Part shown: one piece after another, positions 8,733 to 17,468 of the stretch
How positions within the stretch are numbered: position 1 is the stretch's first letter
Layout: each line of letters begins with the position of its first letter
Source: a virus
Lineage: Duplodnaviria > Caudoviricetes
Virus record (IMG/VR): IMGVR_UViG_3300033067_001389
Coordinates: 1 to 54,687 of that record
DNA: 54,687 bases
Direction: 5' to 3' (one strand)
Made by a program: the position numbers and the translations under genes
The notes under the pieces: model-generated
The model's input: the letters and a program-made list of their open reading frames with translations, nothing else
Told to the model about the DNA's origin: nothing
Database searches by the model: none

Positions 8733-10172
8733 ATGTTTCAGGCAATCACCAATAGCGTTTCCGGGGGTTCCGTTCGCACGGAATCATTCGACGGGCGCGA
8801 CCACTTGGTGGTCCCGATGGTGATGATGCGTCCGGGGGTTCTCGCGGGAAGCAACGGCCCGTTGCTTTACAACGCGGACGAAATCAGCAAAACCCCGCAG
8901 GTGTGGGACCACAAACCGGTGGTCGTATATCACCCCACCATCAACGGACAGGGCGTTTCGGCGTGCTCTCCGCAGATTTTGACGTCCCGAAAAATCGGTG
9001 TCATCCTTAACACGCGGTGGGACTCCGAAAGTCAGGCGTTGAAAGCCGAAGCGTTTATCGACCCCGAAAAAGTGAAAATCGTCGATAATCGCGTGTGGGA
9101 TGCCATTCAAAATAAGCGCGTGATGGAACTGTCGACCGGGCTGTTCGTTGACACGCGCAGCGAAAACGGCGAGTGGAACGGCCGCAAATACACCGACGTC
9201 ACCGCGAACTATCGCCCCGATCATCTGGCGGTGTTGCCGGACCAAGTTGGGGCGTGCTCCATCGCGGACGGTGCCGGGTTCTGTCGAAACTCTGACGGGA
9301 CAGACCGCAGGATTACCACAAACGCGGCGATGTCCCATTCCGATTTGTCTTCGCGCCTCTATGAGCTTATCGCCGAGAAGTACGGCAACGCGGGAGCAAT
9401 CAACACGCCCTCCGACACGTGGATTCAGGAGGTGTACGACACCTATACGGTGTTCAACCGGGGGACGCGGCTTTACAAGGTTGATTACACGGTTGATGGA
9501 AATGTGGTTAAGTTGTCCGGCGACGTGATGGAAGTGCGGCGGACGGTGTCATACGAACCGGTCACAGCGACCACCAACAGCGAGAACAAGGGGGAACGAA
9601 CCGTGCGAAATGACGTTATCAACAACCTGATTAAGGGCGGCTACTACGGCGAGACGGACCGCGACCGCCTGACGGCGATGGACGACGCGACGTTTAACCG
9701 CGTCTCGAAAATCCTCAACAACTCCGACACGCCCGCCCCCGCCCCCGCGGAATCGACGACCACGATTCCGCCCGGCGACGCTGCATTCGCCCCCGCCCCC
9801 GCGGTGAATGCGGCGGCCCCGCGGACAACGGAAGAGTATTTGGCGACGCTGCCCGCGACGGTGCGGAATATGGTGGAAATTGGTCTCAACCAATATGCCA
9901 GCAACCGGCAGCGCCTGATCTCCGAAATCGTCGGCCTGCCGGACTCGGGGTGGACGGCGGAGGCGTTGACGTCGCTGGACGACCCGACGCTGAACAGAAT
10001 TCACGGGATGGCGACCAAGCTGGCGGCGGCCCCCGCGGTGAATCCGGCGGTCCAGAACTACTTGGGGGCTGTTGGGGCGGCCCCGTTCGCGGTGAACGCC
10101 GCGGGCATGCTGCCCACCAACGTGACGGTCCCTGCGCCGTTGCCCTCTACCCCGTTCGTCCCCGCGAAGTAA
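8733..10172 (+). CDS. prohead protease/scaffold, DUF2213 family
   Basis: HKPVVVYHP, ELSTG and PDHLAVLPDQVGACSIADG motifs; Ala/Pro-rich scaffold-like C-terminus. Confidence 0.8.
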   Translation: MFQAITNSVSGGSVRTESFDGRDHLVVPMVMMRPGVLAGSNGPLLYNADEISKTPQVWDHKPVVVYHPTINGQGVSACSPQILTSRKIGVILNTRWDSESQALKAEAFIDPEKVKIVDNRVWDAIQNKRVMELSTGLFVDTRSENGEWNGRKYTDVTANYRPDHLAVLPDQVGACSIADGAGFCRNSDGTDRRITTNAAMSHSDLSSRLYELIAEKYGNAGAINTPSDTWIQEVYDTYTVFNRGTRLYKVDYTVDGNVVKLSGDVMEVRRTVSYEPVTATTNSENKGERTVRNDVINNLIKGGYYGETDRDRLTAMDDATFNRVSKILNNSDTPAPAPAESTTTIPPGDAAFAPAPAVNAAAPRTTEEYLATLPATVRNMVEIGLNQYASNRQRLISEIVGLPDSGWTAEALTSLDDPTLNRIHGMATKLAAAPAVNPAVQNYLGAVGAAPFAVNAAGMLPTNVTVPAPLPSTPFVPAK

Positions 10173-10236
10173 ACATTGGTCGGGGTGGTTTGTTTTCCCG
10201 TCCACACATCCAAAAACATAGAAAAGGGTGCTAATC

Positions 10237-11190
10237 ATGGCGGCTACAATGGATGCGAATCGGCTCACCCGTTCGCCGAACCGAATTGACCTCGACTTGC
10301 GGGGCGGGAAGCGTATTTGGGAAGGACGCGCCACGGGCGCAATCCGTCCCGGTATGCTCGTGGAAACCGTCACCCCGACCACGTGTCGCGCGTCGACGCA
10401 AAAAGGCGGACAGGTGGAACGCCTGATCTGCGACATCAATCCTCATCTCGGTATGGGGTACGTTGACGATTGGGACGCCGCTTTCGCGTCCGGCGATTTC
10501 TTGCAGGCTATCAACGCGCTGCCCGGCGACCGTCTCCGTCTCCGTCTGGCGGATGGCGTCGTCGTCGCCGCGAACGATGTCCTGATTCCGGACGGTGCCG
10601 GTTCGTTCCGCCCCGCGTCGACGTTGATCACGAACGGCCCTTTGGCGGTGCTGACGGCGGCATCCACCAACCTGACGAACACGACCACGCGAACGGTGTT
10701 CGACCGGAATTACAGCATCCCGGCGAACGCGTTGCAGGTGGGCGACGTGTTGCGTGTTCGCGGACAGGTGCGAGCGCCGACCACGAACAGCACGGATACG
10801 CTTCTGCTGGACGTGTCTGTGGGCGGAACGGCGCTGGTTGCCGGTCTGGCCGTGGACGTGGCTGATAACGACGTCGGCATCGTCGATGTTGAAATCGCGG
10901 TCCGTTCCATCGGGGCGTCTGGTTCGCTGTTCGCGTCGGGCATGATTGGGCTCGGTCCCGTGGCTTCCGCCACGATGCGTCCCGTTGCCAACAGCGGGAC
11001 GCGGGACACGACCGGCGCGCTGGTTGTGGGCATTGCCGGGACGTGGTCGGTTGCTTCCGCTTCCGACATCTGCGCTCTCCAAATGCTGACCGTCGAATTG
11101 CTCCGCCCCCTTTTCCCGTTCGCGCGGGCGGAAGAAGCGGTCGACAACAGCCTGAACGCAAACTACTACTGCACGGCGCGCGTCGCCTAG
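10237..11190 (+). CDS. capsid decoration/cement protein with inserted beta-rich domain
   Basis: Lies between protease and major capsid genes; A.GAI.PG.LV and D.L..DG.G motifs of decoration proteins. Confidence 0.6.
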   Translation: MAATMDANRLTRSPNRIDLDLRGGKRIWEGRATGAIRPGMLVETVTPTTCRASTQKGGQVERLICDINPHLGMGYVDDWDAAFASGDFLQAINALPGDRLRLRLADGVVVAANDVLIPDGAGSFRPASTLITNGPLAVLTAASTNLTNTTTRTVFDRNYSIPANALQVGDVLRVRGQVRAPTTNSTDTLLLDVSVGGTALVAGLAVDVADNDVGIVDVEIAVRSIGASGSLFASGMIGLGPVASATMRPVANSGTRDTTGALVVGIAGTWSVASASDICALQMLTVELLRPLFPFARAEEAVDNSLNANYYCTARVA

Positions 11191-11254
11191 TTGTTGGCGA
11201 AGTGAGTCGTTTTTGGGTTTTCCGGATAGCGAACATTCATAAGGGAGAAATAGG

Positions 11255-12328
11255 ATGCTTGACTTCATTCTGAACGGTTCGCCGTCCGGGAGTGTTGCGA
11301 CCGCGTTGCTCGCGACGGGCGGCGATGTGGGAATCATGCGGCCGTTTGTTGAGAACGGCCGCGCGTGGTACAACCGCTTTGACCCCGACAAGGGGAAAGA
11401 GGTGGTGTTGCCGTACACCGTCACCAACGGCGCGGCGGTGCTGACGCGCGACGACTGGATTCATTTTGACCGCGAAGTGATGGAGGCCGCCCGCCCGAAA
11501 ATGCGGTTCGTCGCCGACCTCCAAGCGGCGGGACTCAATTACAACGTCCCGAATGGGATGTCGAAAACGGTTCTGCAATACTACCGGATGTCGGAAACGA
11601 CCCCGGCAACGACCAGCATGAGCGGGTTGAAGCGGGGCACGAATGACGCGCCGGTGGCGGATTTCGTCAATTTGCCGCTGCCCATCATCCACAAAGACTT
11701 CCGCGTGGATAGTCGGATGTTGTTGGTGTCCAAAAACGGCGGGATGCCGCTGGACACGACCAACCTCCGTTTGGCGGCGGCCCGCGTCGGAGAAGAAATC
11801 GAACGTCTCCACTTGGGGACCGCGGCGTCGTTTTCGTTCGGTGGTGGGACGGTGTACGGGGCGCGGAATTTTCCGGGCCGCATCACCGGAAGCATCACGA
11901 TTCCGACCACCGGCGGTTGGGTTCCGCGAACGGCGGTCACCCAAATTCTGGCGGCGATTCAGTCGGCGAGGAACGAGTTCCACGGGGGTCCTTACCTCGT
12001 TTATTTCTCGCCCGCGTGGGAACAGTATCTGGAAGATGACTACGTTCCGGGCACGTCGAATTCCACCGACACGCTCCGGGATCGGTTGTCGCGACATGGT
12101 GCGGTTTCCAGCATTTCGATTGCGGACTTCCTTCCGGCGTGGGATGTCCTGATCATCGAAAAGACCCCCGAGACAATGCGGGTTGTCACGGGGATGGAAA
12201 TCCAGACGCTCCAGTGGAGCGAACAGGGCGGGATGGACCTTTACTGGAAAGTGATGGCCATTAAGGTTCCGCAGGTTCGCGAAGACATCTACGGGGCGAC
12301 CGGGGTCATCCACTTGACCGGGACGTAA
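11255..12328 (+). CDS. major capsid protein (HK97 fold, encapsulin/linocin-like subfamily)
   Basis: 357 aa; L..DDW...D..V...AR and LPLPIIHKDF...R...PLDT motifs; position; followed by a terminator. Confidence 0.85.
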   Translation: MLDFILNGSPSGSVATALLATGGDVGIMRPFVENGRAWYNRFDPDKGKEVVLPYTVTNGAAVLTRDDWIHFDREVMEAARPKMRFVADLQAAGLNYNVPNGMSKTVLQYYRMSETTPATTSMSGLKRGTNDAPVADFVNLPLPIIHKDFRVDSRMLLVSKNGGMPLDTTNLRLAAARVGEEIERLHLGTAASFSFGGGTVYGARNFPGRITGSITIPTTGGWVPRTAVTQILAAIQSARNEFHGGPYLVYFSPAWEQYLEDDYVPGTSNSTDTLRDRLSRHGAVSSISIADFLPAWDVLIIEKTPETMRVVTGMEIQTLQWSEQGGMDLYWKVMAIKVPQVREDIYGATGVIHLTGT

Positions 12329-12358
12329 CGCGCACTGGTGGGTGCCGAGTCGGGCGCG

Positions 12359-12393
12359 AACGGCACCGCATTCCGCGGTGCCGTTTGTTTTTT
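12359..12393 (+). terminator. intrinsic terminator after the major capsid gene
   Basis: 11-bp stem AACGGCACCGC/GCGGTGCCGTT followed by TGTTTTTT. Confidence 0.8.
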
Positions 12394-12416
12394 ACTTTAT
12401 GGGGGTTTGCGAAATC

Positions 12417-12764
12417 ATGGCGGGGACTTTGAAAACGTTCGTTTTGCAGGCGGGGAAACACATCGGCCCCGATGGGCGGGTGTACAAAAAGGGCGAGCGA
12501 ATCGCGTCCGATGAGGACTTGGCGGAACTGTTCGGGCCGGAACGGTTCGTTGAAGTGGGGGCGGCGACGCTGCCCGCGGCTGTCGGTCCGACGCTGATCG
12601 ATTTGACTGCCCACTATCAAGGGGCGGCGGAGGCCGGTTGGCGAATCGAAGCGATGTCGAACAATGTCGGGACGCTCACGGTTCTCGACGCGGCGACGGG
12701 GGATGTCATCATCGACGGGCGGACCCCGGAACAGGTGCGGAAGCGTCTCGCCGCGGTGGAGTAA
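12417..12764 (+). CDS. hypothetical head-associated protein
   Basis: ATG with GGGGGT RBS; H..PDGRVYKKGE motif common in small genes after capsid genes. Confidence 0.6.
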   Translation: MAGTLKTFVLQAGKHIGPDGRVYKKGERIASDEDLAELFGPERFVEVGAATLPAAVGPTLIDLTAHYQGAAEAGWRIEAMSNNVGTLTVLDAATGDVIIDGRTPEQVRKRLAAVE

Positions 12765-12782
12765 TCGAAATCGGGGGTTGAT

Positions 12783-13202
12783 ATGGCCGTTCGCACCGAC
12801 GCCGCAAAAGTCGCGGGCATCATTGAAGTTGATGCATCTATCGATCTCGCCCCGTTTATTCTAACGGCGTCGGCGATGGTCACCGCGCATTGTACCGGTG
12901 CGAACGGCCCCACAACCGCCTACGATTCGGACACGCTGGAACTGATTGAGCGGTGGTTGTCTGCCCACGTTTACGCGACGCGGGACCCCCGCTACACGCA
13001 AGAACGCGCGGATGTGGTGGGCGCGTCCTATCAATCGTCGGTAGCACTCGGGTTGAATAACTCCCATTATGGGCAACAAGCAATGATGCTTGATTGGAAT
13101 GGGGGTCTCGCCCGCCTGTCGAATCAGATGGTCACGGGCAAGACTCCGATCCGTCCCCGAATTTTCAGCGCGGGCAATCAACCGCCTGTAGAGATTTGGT
13201 AG
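12783..13202 (+). CDS. head-tail adaptor (DUF4054-like)
   Basis: IERWLSAH and S.YGQQAM.LD motifs; position. Confidence 0.7.
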   Translation: MAVRTDAAKVAGIIEVDASIDLAPFILTASAMVTAHCTGANGPTTAYDSDTLELIERWLSAHVYATRDPRYTQERADVVGASYQSSVALGLNNSHYGQQAMMLDWNGGLARLSNQMVTGKTPIRPRIFSAGNQPPVEIW

Positions 13203-13212
13203 GGGGTGACGC

Positions 13213-13551
13213 ATGAGCATCATTTCCACGATGCGGCGGCAGGTTGCGACACTGTGGGAGATTGTGGGGCGGGATGATTACGGGCAACCGTTGCTTTCCG
13301 CGCCGGTACAAATCAAATGCAGATGGCAGGGCGGCGGCGGGGAATATGTCACGGGAGACGGGACCCCGTTCGTGGCGGCGGCGCTGGTGTTCCCGGACCG
13401 TGTGGTGTCAGTCGGGGCGTATCTGTGGTTGGGAGCAATTGGGACAGCGCCCGCGGACCCGTTGACGACCGACGGGGTGGTTAAGGTTCGGGTGTTTCAG
13501 GCTATCCCAAACCTAAAAAACAAGGAAACGCTTTATAAGGCGGTGGTGTGA
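13213..13551 (+). CDS. head closure/head-tail connector protein
   Basis: DDYGQP...PVQIKCRW motif; size and position. Confidence 0.65.
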   Translation: MSIISTMRRQVATLWEIVGRDDYGQPLLSAPVQIKCRWQGGGGEYVTGDGTPFVAAALVFPDRVVSVGAYLWLGAIGTAPADPLTTDGVVKVRVFQAIPNLKNKETLYKAVV

Positions 13552-14003
13552 TGGCATCTTCGAAAACCGTCAAGGGGCTCGGGGCGCTGATCAAAAAAAT
13601 CAAGGGGATGGGTCCCCACATCGCCAAGCGATATTCCAACAACGTCAAGCGCGCCGGGTTGTTGTTGTTGCGACATTCCAACGAACTGGTCCCCATCGAT
13701 ACGGGAGTTTTGCGAGCGTCCGGGTATACTCGGGCAGAGGGAACCGGATTCGATACCGTGGTTTATGTGGGGTATACCACAAATTACGCGCTATGGGTCC
13801 ATGAGGATTTGGAAGCTGCCCACGGGGCAGCTTTCAACGCCAAATACGCGGATGCGATTGAAAAGGGGAACAAGCAACCGTGGAACGGGAAACCGTTCCA
13901 TAAACGCGGTGAAGGGCAGCAAGCGAGATTTTTGGCGACCCCCTTCATCAACAACCGCGACCAGTATTTTGAGATACTGACAAGCAACCTTTTTCCGAAG
14001 TGA
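13551..14003 (+). CDS. neck/tail completion protein (HK97 gp10-like)
   Basis: VPIDTGVLRASG, YALWVHE and QARFL motifs. Confidence 0.75.
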   Translation: MASSKTVKGLGALIKKIKGMGPHIAKRYSNNVKRAGLLLLRHSNELVPIDTGVLRASGYTRAEGTGFDTVVYVGYTTNYALWVHEDLEAAHGAAFNAKYADAIEKGNKQPWNGKPFHKRGEGQQARFLATPFINNRDQYFEILTSNLFPK

Positions 14004-14114
14004 TGACGGAAACCAAATCAAGGGCGAAGGATGAGAGACGTTGTTGCATGATGCAACCGCCGGGTGGGGGAACGGGCAAACTCCCACCCGGCGAATCTCT
14101 TTCGGGGGTGTGCG

Positions 14115-14753
14115 GTGTCGCAAATTTACGTTGTATCACACACTTTTCGTTCTGGTGGAACCGCGGTCGCCGCGGTGCTCCACAATTGCGGCGTTCCGTT
14201 TTTCCCAAGCATTCAAAAAGCTATCAACGGAAACGCCCCCGACGAATGGAATCCCGGCGGTCACTATGCCGATGCTGATTTTCACGCCCTGATGGTGCGT
14301 CTCCAGATTTATGGGATGCGGCGTCCCTCCGAAACGTGGGTTCCGGACGCGTCGGTCCGGGCCGAAATCGCCGCGCTGGTGCAGGAGCGGTCGGTCGCCC
14401 CGAAGTGGGGAATCAAAGGCGCGCATTCGTGGGTCGCGGCGCGCGTTCTGTTTGGGTTGGGCTATAACGTCCGCGTGATTGGGACGTCCCGCCCCCTGTC
14501 CCAATCGCAAGCGTCCTACACGGACCGCATCGGGGAGGCCTACAAAGAGGAGGCCGCGGCGTTTGTGGCCGACTCGAAAGCGATGACCGACGCGTTTTAC
14601 GCGAGTTTCGCGGGTCCGAAAATGCTTGTCGATTTTGATTCGCTTTTTGACGCCACCCGCGAAACAGTGGAATCCATCGCAGCGTTTGCAGGCGTCGACG
14701 TCACGCCCGCGGCCATCGCGTCGGTAAACCCCAATTACCGGAGATACGCATAA
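14115..14753 (+). CDS. sulfotransferase-family (P-loop) protein
   Basis: RSGGT (cf. RSGTS 5'-PSB loop)...L...G...NPGGHY.D...WGIK...R; GTG start after GGGGGT (ORF open from 14064). Confidence 0.6.
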   Translation: MSQIYVVSHTFRSGGTAVAAVLHNCGVPFFPSIQKAINGNAPDEWNPGGHYADADFHALMVRLQIYGMRRPSETWVPDASVRAEIAALVQERSVAPKWGIKGAHSWVAARVLFGLGYNVRVIGTSRPLSQSQASYTDRIGEAYKEEAAAFVADSKAMTDAFYASFAGPKMLVDFDSLFDATRETVESIAAFAGVDVTPAAIASVNPNYRRYA

Positions 14754-15376
14754 TGGCACAAACACCGTGGAAGTTTGCGCAGACCGCAACCGGTTGGACC
14801 AATGGTGGCAATATCGCCGCTGATGACGGTGCGCTGGTACAGCCCGGTTTGCTCGGGGCTGGTGTGTTTTCGGCCATCCTGAACGCGTACAATTTTGGTT
14901 TTACAACATCCGACATACCAACCGGGTCAACAATTCAAGGCGTTGAATTTCGGGTTAAGTGGCGACGGACGGCCAATGGCAGTCCTGTCGGCGTTCAGTA
15001 CGCGATGTTACGACTTAGTTGGGGGGGCAATGATGGCAACAACAAAGCGGCCAGCGTTCCCGCAATTACCAACCTCCCTACATCGTTCACGCTCGGTGGC
15101 GCGGCGGACACGTGGGGCGCAACCGTTTTGACACTGATTCCTGACGGGGAAAACGAAGTCAGGTCAACAAATTTCGGGTTTACGTTTAGGGTGTTTAATG
15201 CTGATGCAAAATACTCAGTTGAATTGGGTATTGATTGCATCGAAATGCGCGTGACGTTCACGCCTCCAGCAACCACCACCACAACCAGCACGACCACCAC
15301 GTCAACCACCACAACACCAAATCCAACACCGTCCGCCCCACAAGGGCGCTTGCGGACTCTCTTGGGGGTAGGCTAA
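14753..15376 (+). CDS. putative virion protein, beta-rich, with C-terminal Thr tract
   Basis: IPTGSTIQGVEF and TLGGAADTWG segments; tail TTTTTSTTTTSTTTTPNPTP; TAATG coupling to upstream gene. Confidence 0.6.
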   Translation: MAQTPWKFAQTATGWTNGGNIAADDGALVQPGLLGAGVFSAILNAYNFGFTTSDIPTGSTIQGVEFRVKWRRTANGSPVGVQYAMLRLSWGGNDGNNKAASVPAITNLPTSFTLGGAADTWGATVLTLIPDGENEVRSTNFGFTFRVFNADAKYSVELGIDCIEMRVTFTPPATTTTTSTTTTSTTTTPNPTPSAPQGRLRTLLGVG

Positions 15377-15691
15377 ATGATTTCGCATGTGAAATACCAA
15401 AAAATCGAAGCGTCGGTGAGTGGGGATAACACTCTAATCACCGGTGTTGCCGGTGAACGTCAAATCGTCGTCGGAATTGTGCTGGTGGCGGCGGGCACCG
15501 TCGCCGCAAAGTTGAAATCAGCCGCAACCGAAATCTATGGGCCGATGCAATTGCTGTCGGGTTCCGGGTTCGCGTTGCCGTCGTCAAACGTTCCTTGGTT
15601 GATTGGCGGCGTGGGCGAGTCGATCATCCTGAATTTGGGTGGGGCGGTCGCCGTGGGCGGATGCATCATTTACCAATCAAAGACCGATTAA
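15377..15691 (+). CDS. small hypothetical virion protein
   Basis: Abuts neighbours, GGGGGT RBS, Gly/Val-rich. Confidence 0.6.
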   Translation: MISHVKYQKIEASVSGDNTLITGVAGERQIVVGIVLVAAGTVAAKLKSAATEIYGPMQLLSGSGFALPSSNVPWLIGGVGESIILNLGGAVAVGGCIIYQSKTD

Positions 15692-15692
15692 C

Positions 15693-16142
15693 ATGGCGTC
15701 TCCGGCGGCGGTAATTGCGCAATTGTTGGTAAATGCGGGAGTAGGCGCACGCCCTCCCGCATCCGGGAGCGTTGTGAACACTGTTTGGCGCGTCTACATC
15801 GACAACATGCCCGACGGGACTACCGCGCCCGACAATGCCATCGTTTGCAGTAACTCCGGCGGGATGCGGGACGGGCGGTCACACACAACCGGAAAAACGC
15901 TTATTCATCCCGGTGTGCAGGTTCGCATTCGTGGGGGCGTCGGTGCGGACTTGTGGGAAAAGGTGGCGGCGATTTCCGCGTTATTGGATAATGCGGTCGG
16001 TGAAACGGTCGTCGTTAATGCGGAAACGTGGTTAATATCTAGCATCAGACAGGAGCCCCCTGTTAATATGGGAGCCGAACCGGGTAACCGCCCGCGGCGG
16101 CATTACGCGATAAACACGATGGTCTCTTTGCGGGAGGTTTAG
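15693..16142 (+). CDS. tail terminator (minor capsid 3-like)
   Basis: MPD..PDNAI and HPGVQVRIRG motifs; directly before the tail tube gene. Confidence 0.7.
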   Translation: MASPAAVIAQLLVNAGVGARPPASGSVVNTVWRVYIDNMPDGTTAPDNAIVCSNSGGMRDGRSHTTGKTLIHPGVQVRIRGGVGADLWEKVAAISALLDNAVGETVVVNAETWLISSIRQEPPVNMGAEPGNRPRRHYAINTMVSLREV

Positions 16143-16145
16143 AAA

Positions 16146-16613
16146 ATGGGTTTGGACATTCTGGAAGATGGTTTCAAGTGCTCCATCGCGTTTGCCCTCG
16201 TTCCGTCGGGCAAGTTCGAGATTAAGGGCATCAAGCCGCCCGGTGTGGACTCGGGGGGAAAGATCGACACGACCACGCACTCGAACACCCGGTTTAGGAC
16301 CGGGGCGGGCAAGGAACTGGTCGACATCACCGACTGTACGATGCGGATTGCGTTCGCGACGATGCTCGCGCCGCAAATGCTGGCGGCGGCGGGAAAGAAT
16401 CAGTTGATTACGTTCACGGACCCCGTCGGTGCGACGTGCGCCTTTTACGGCGTGGTGGACAAATTCGAACCGGGGGACTACGTGGAAGGCGAACAGCCGG
16501 AAGCGGACGTCACCATCTTCGCCACGAATCGCAACGGGGCTGGAGTGGAGACGGGTCCCGTCTGGACGGCGGGCACGGCGGGTACGTCGACGACGACCAC
16601 GCCCGCCCCGTAA
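16146..16613 (+). CDS. major tail tube protein
   Basis: PPG.D.G.KIDTTT motif; position; C-terminal GTSTTTTPAP; followed by a terminator. Confidence 0.75.
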   Translation: MGLDILEDGFKCSIAFALVPSGKFEIKGIKPPGVDSGGKIDTTTHSNTRFRTGAGKELVDITDCTMRIAFATMLAPQMLAAAGKNQLITFTDPVGATCAFYGVVDKFEPGDYVEGEQPEADVTIFATNRNGAGVETGPVWTAGTAGTSTTTTPAP

Positions 16614-16627
16614 TTTCGTGATGGGTA

Positions 16628-16670
16628 ACACCGGGGCGAAGCGGTTTCGCCCCCGGTGTGTTCGTTTTTC
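16628..16670 (+). terminator. intrinsic terminator after the tail tube gene
   Basis: ACACCGGGGCGAA/TTCGCCCCCGGTGT stem followed by GTTCGTTTTT. Confidence 0.7.
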
Positions 16671-16684
16671 TGGGGGTCAAAATT

Positions 16685-17128
16685 ATGGCAATGGTGCTCG
16701 GGTTCAAAGAGTCGGACGTTATCGAATTGCCGGTGGACGTCAATTTCGCGGGTGACGGAGGGGTGATTTACACGGCGGTCAAGGTCCGGGAGATGTCGGG
16801 CGAAGACCACGAAAACTATATCACTGTGTTGCAGAAAATGAGCCCGGAGACGAACAGTCTCGCCGCGGTTCGTCGGGCGTTGTTGGGGTTCACGTTGTGG
16901 TTCCGTCGGGACGTCGCCGGTGGCGGGACGGCGTGGGATCGGGTCCCGGAAAAGTTCTGGTTGGGGGCGTTGCCGTCCCGCGCTCTGACCGATTTGATGG
17001 TCGTCGCAAACGAGATGCACGGGTTCGGCAAGAAACCTGACGCGGCCCCCGCCGACGCGCCCGAGGACCCCGCCCCAAACCCGCCCGAGGACCCCGCCCC
17101 AAACCCGCCCGCGACGACCCCGACGTAA
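16685..17128 (+). CDS. tail assembly chaperone (G-like)
   Basis: Between tube and tape measure genes; VREMSGE motif. Confidence 0.7.
   Translation: MAMVLGFKESDVIELPVDVNFAGDGGVIYTAVKVREMSGEDHENYITVLQKMSPETNSLAAVRRALLGFTLWFRRDVAGGGTAWDRVPEKFWLGALPSRALTDLMVVANEMHGFGKKPDAAPADAPEDPAPNPPEDPAPNPPATTPT
17058..17105 (+). repeat. 24-bp tandem duplication, each copy with an in-frame C-CCA-AAC slippery heptamer (-1 frameshift site)
   Basis: CGCCCGAGGACCCCGCCCCAAACC x2; heptamers at 17074-17080 and 17098-17104; the -1 frame is open into ORF 17128..17466. Confidence 0.75.
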
Positions 17129-17466
17129 TGTGGATGATCGTCGCGTCCCATTTGCGCCTCACGCTCGGGCAATGCAAGGCGGCGATGCCCTTGCGGGAGG
17201 CGGTGCGGTGGTTGTCATTTATTGATAAAGAGAGAAGAGCGCGGGAAAAGTGGGAGTACTACGCCGCGCATATCATCGCGGAATTGGAGTGTGGCAGAAC
17301 CAGAAAACCGATGAGGCTGGATCGACACCTCAAGACATTTTCCAACGCCCCGCGGAAAAAACGGACCCCCGAGGATGAACGCAAGTTTCAAATGGAACTG
17401 GCAAAAAGTGTGATGGCATCCATTGCCGGGCTGACCGGTGGGGACCTCCCTGATTGGGCGGTGTGA
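17128..17466 (+). CDS. tail assembly chaperone extension (T-like, probably expressed as a G-T fusion)
   Basis: In the -1 frame relative to the upstream ORF, directly before the tape measure gene. Confidence 0.7.
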   Translation: MWMIVASHLRLTLGQCKAAMPLREAVRWLSFIDKERRAREKWEYYAAHIIAELECGRTRKPMRLDRHLKTFSNAPRKKRTPEDERKFQMELAKSVMASIAGLTGGDLPDWAV

Positions 17467-17468
17467 GC

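Noticed and set aside
11255-12328. Encapsulin or bacteriocin nanocompartment
   Set aside because: Flanked by portal, protease, decoration and neck genes, so it is the phage major capsid protein.
14058-14093. c-di-GMP-I riboswitch suggested by GGGCAAAC
   Set aside because: The motif lies in a hairpin loop, and the GNRA/receptor and second-stem consensus elements are missing.
5371-14830. Other CTGATGA matches (5371, 14820) as further hammerheads
   Set aside because: They lie inside coding regions and I could not build the flanking stems and GAAA core around them.
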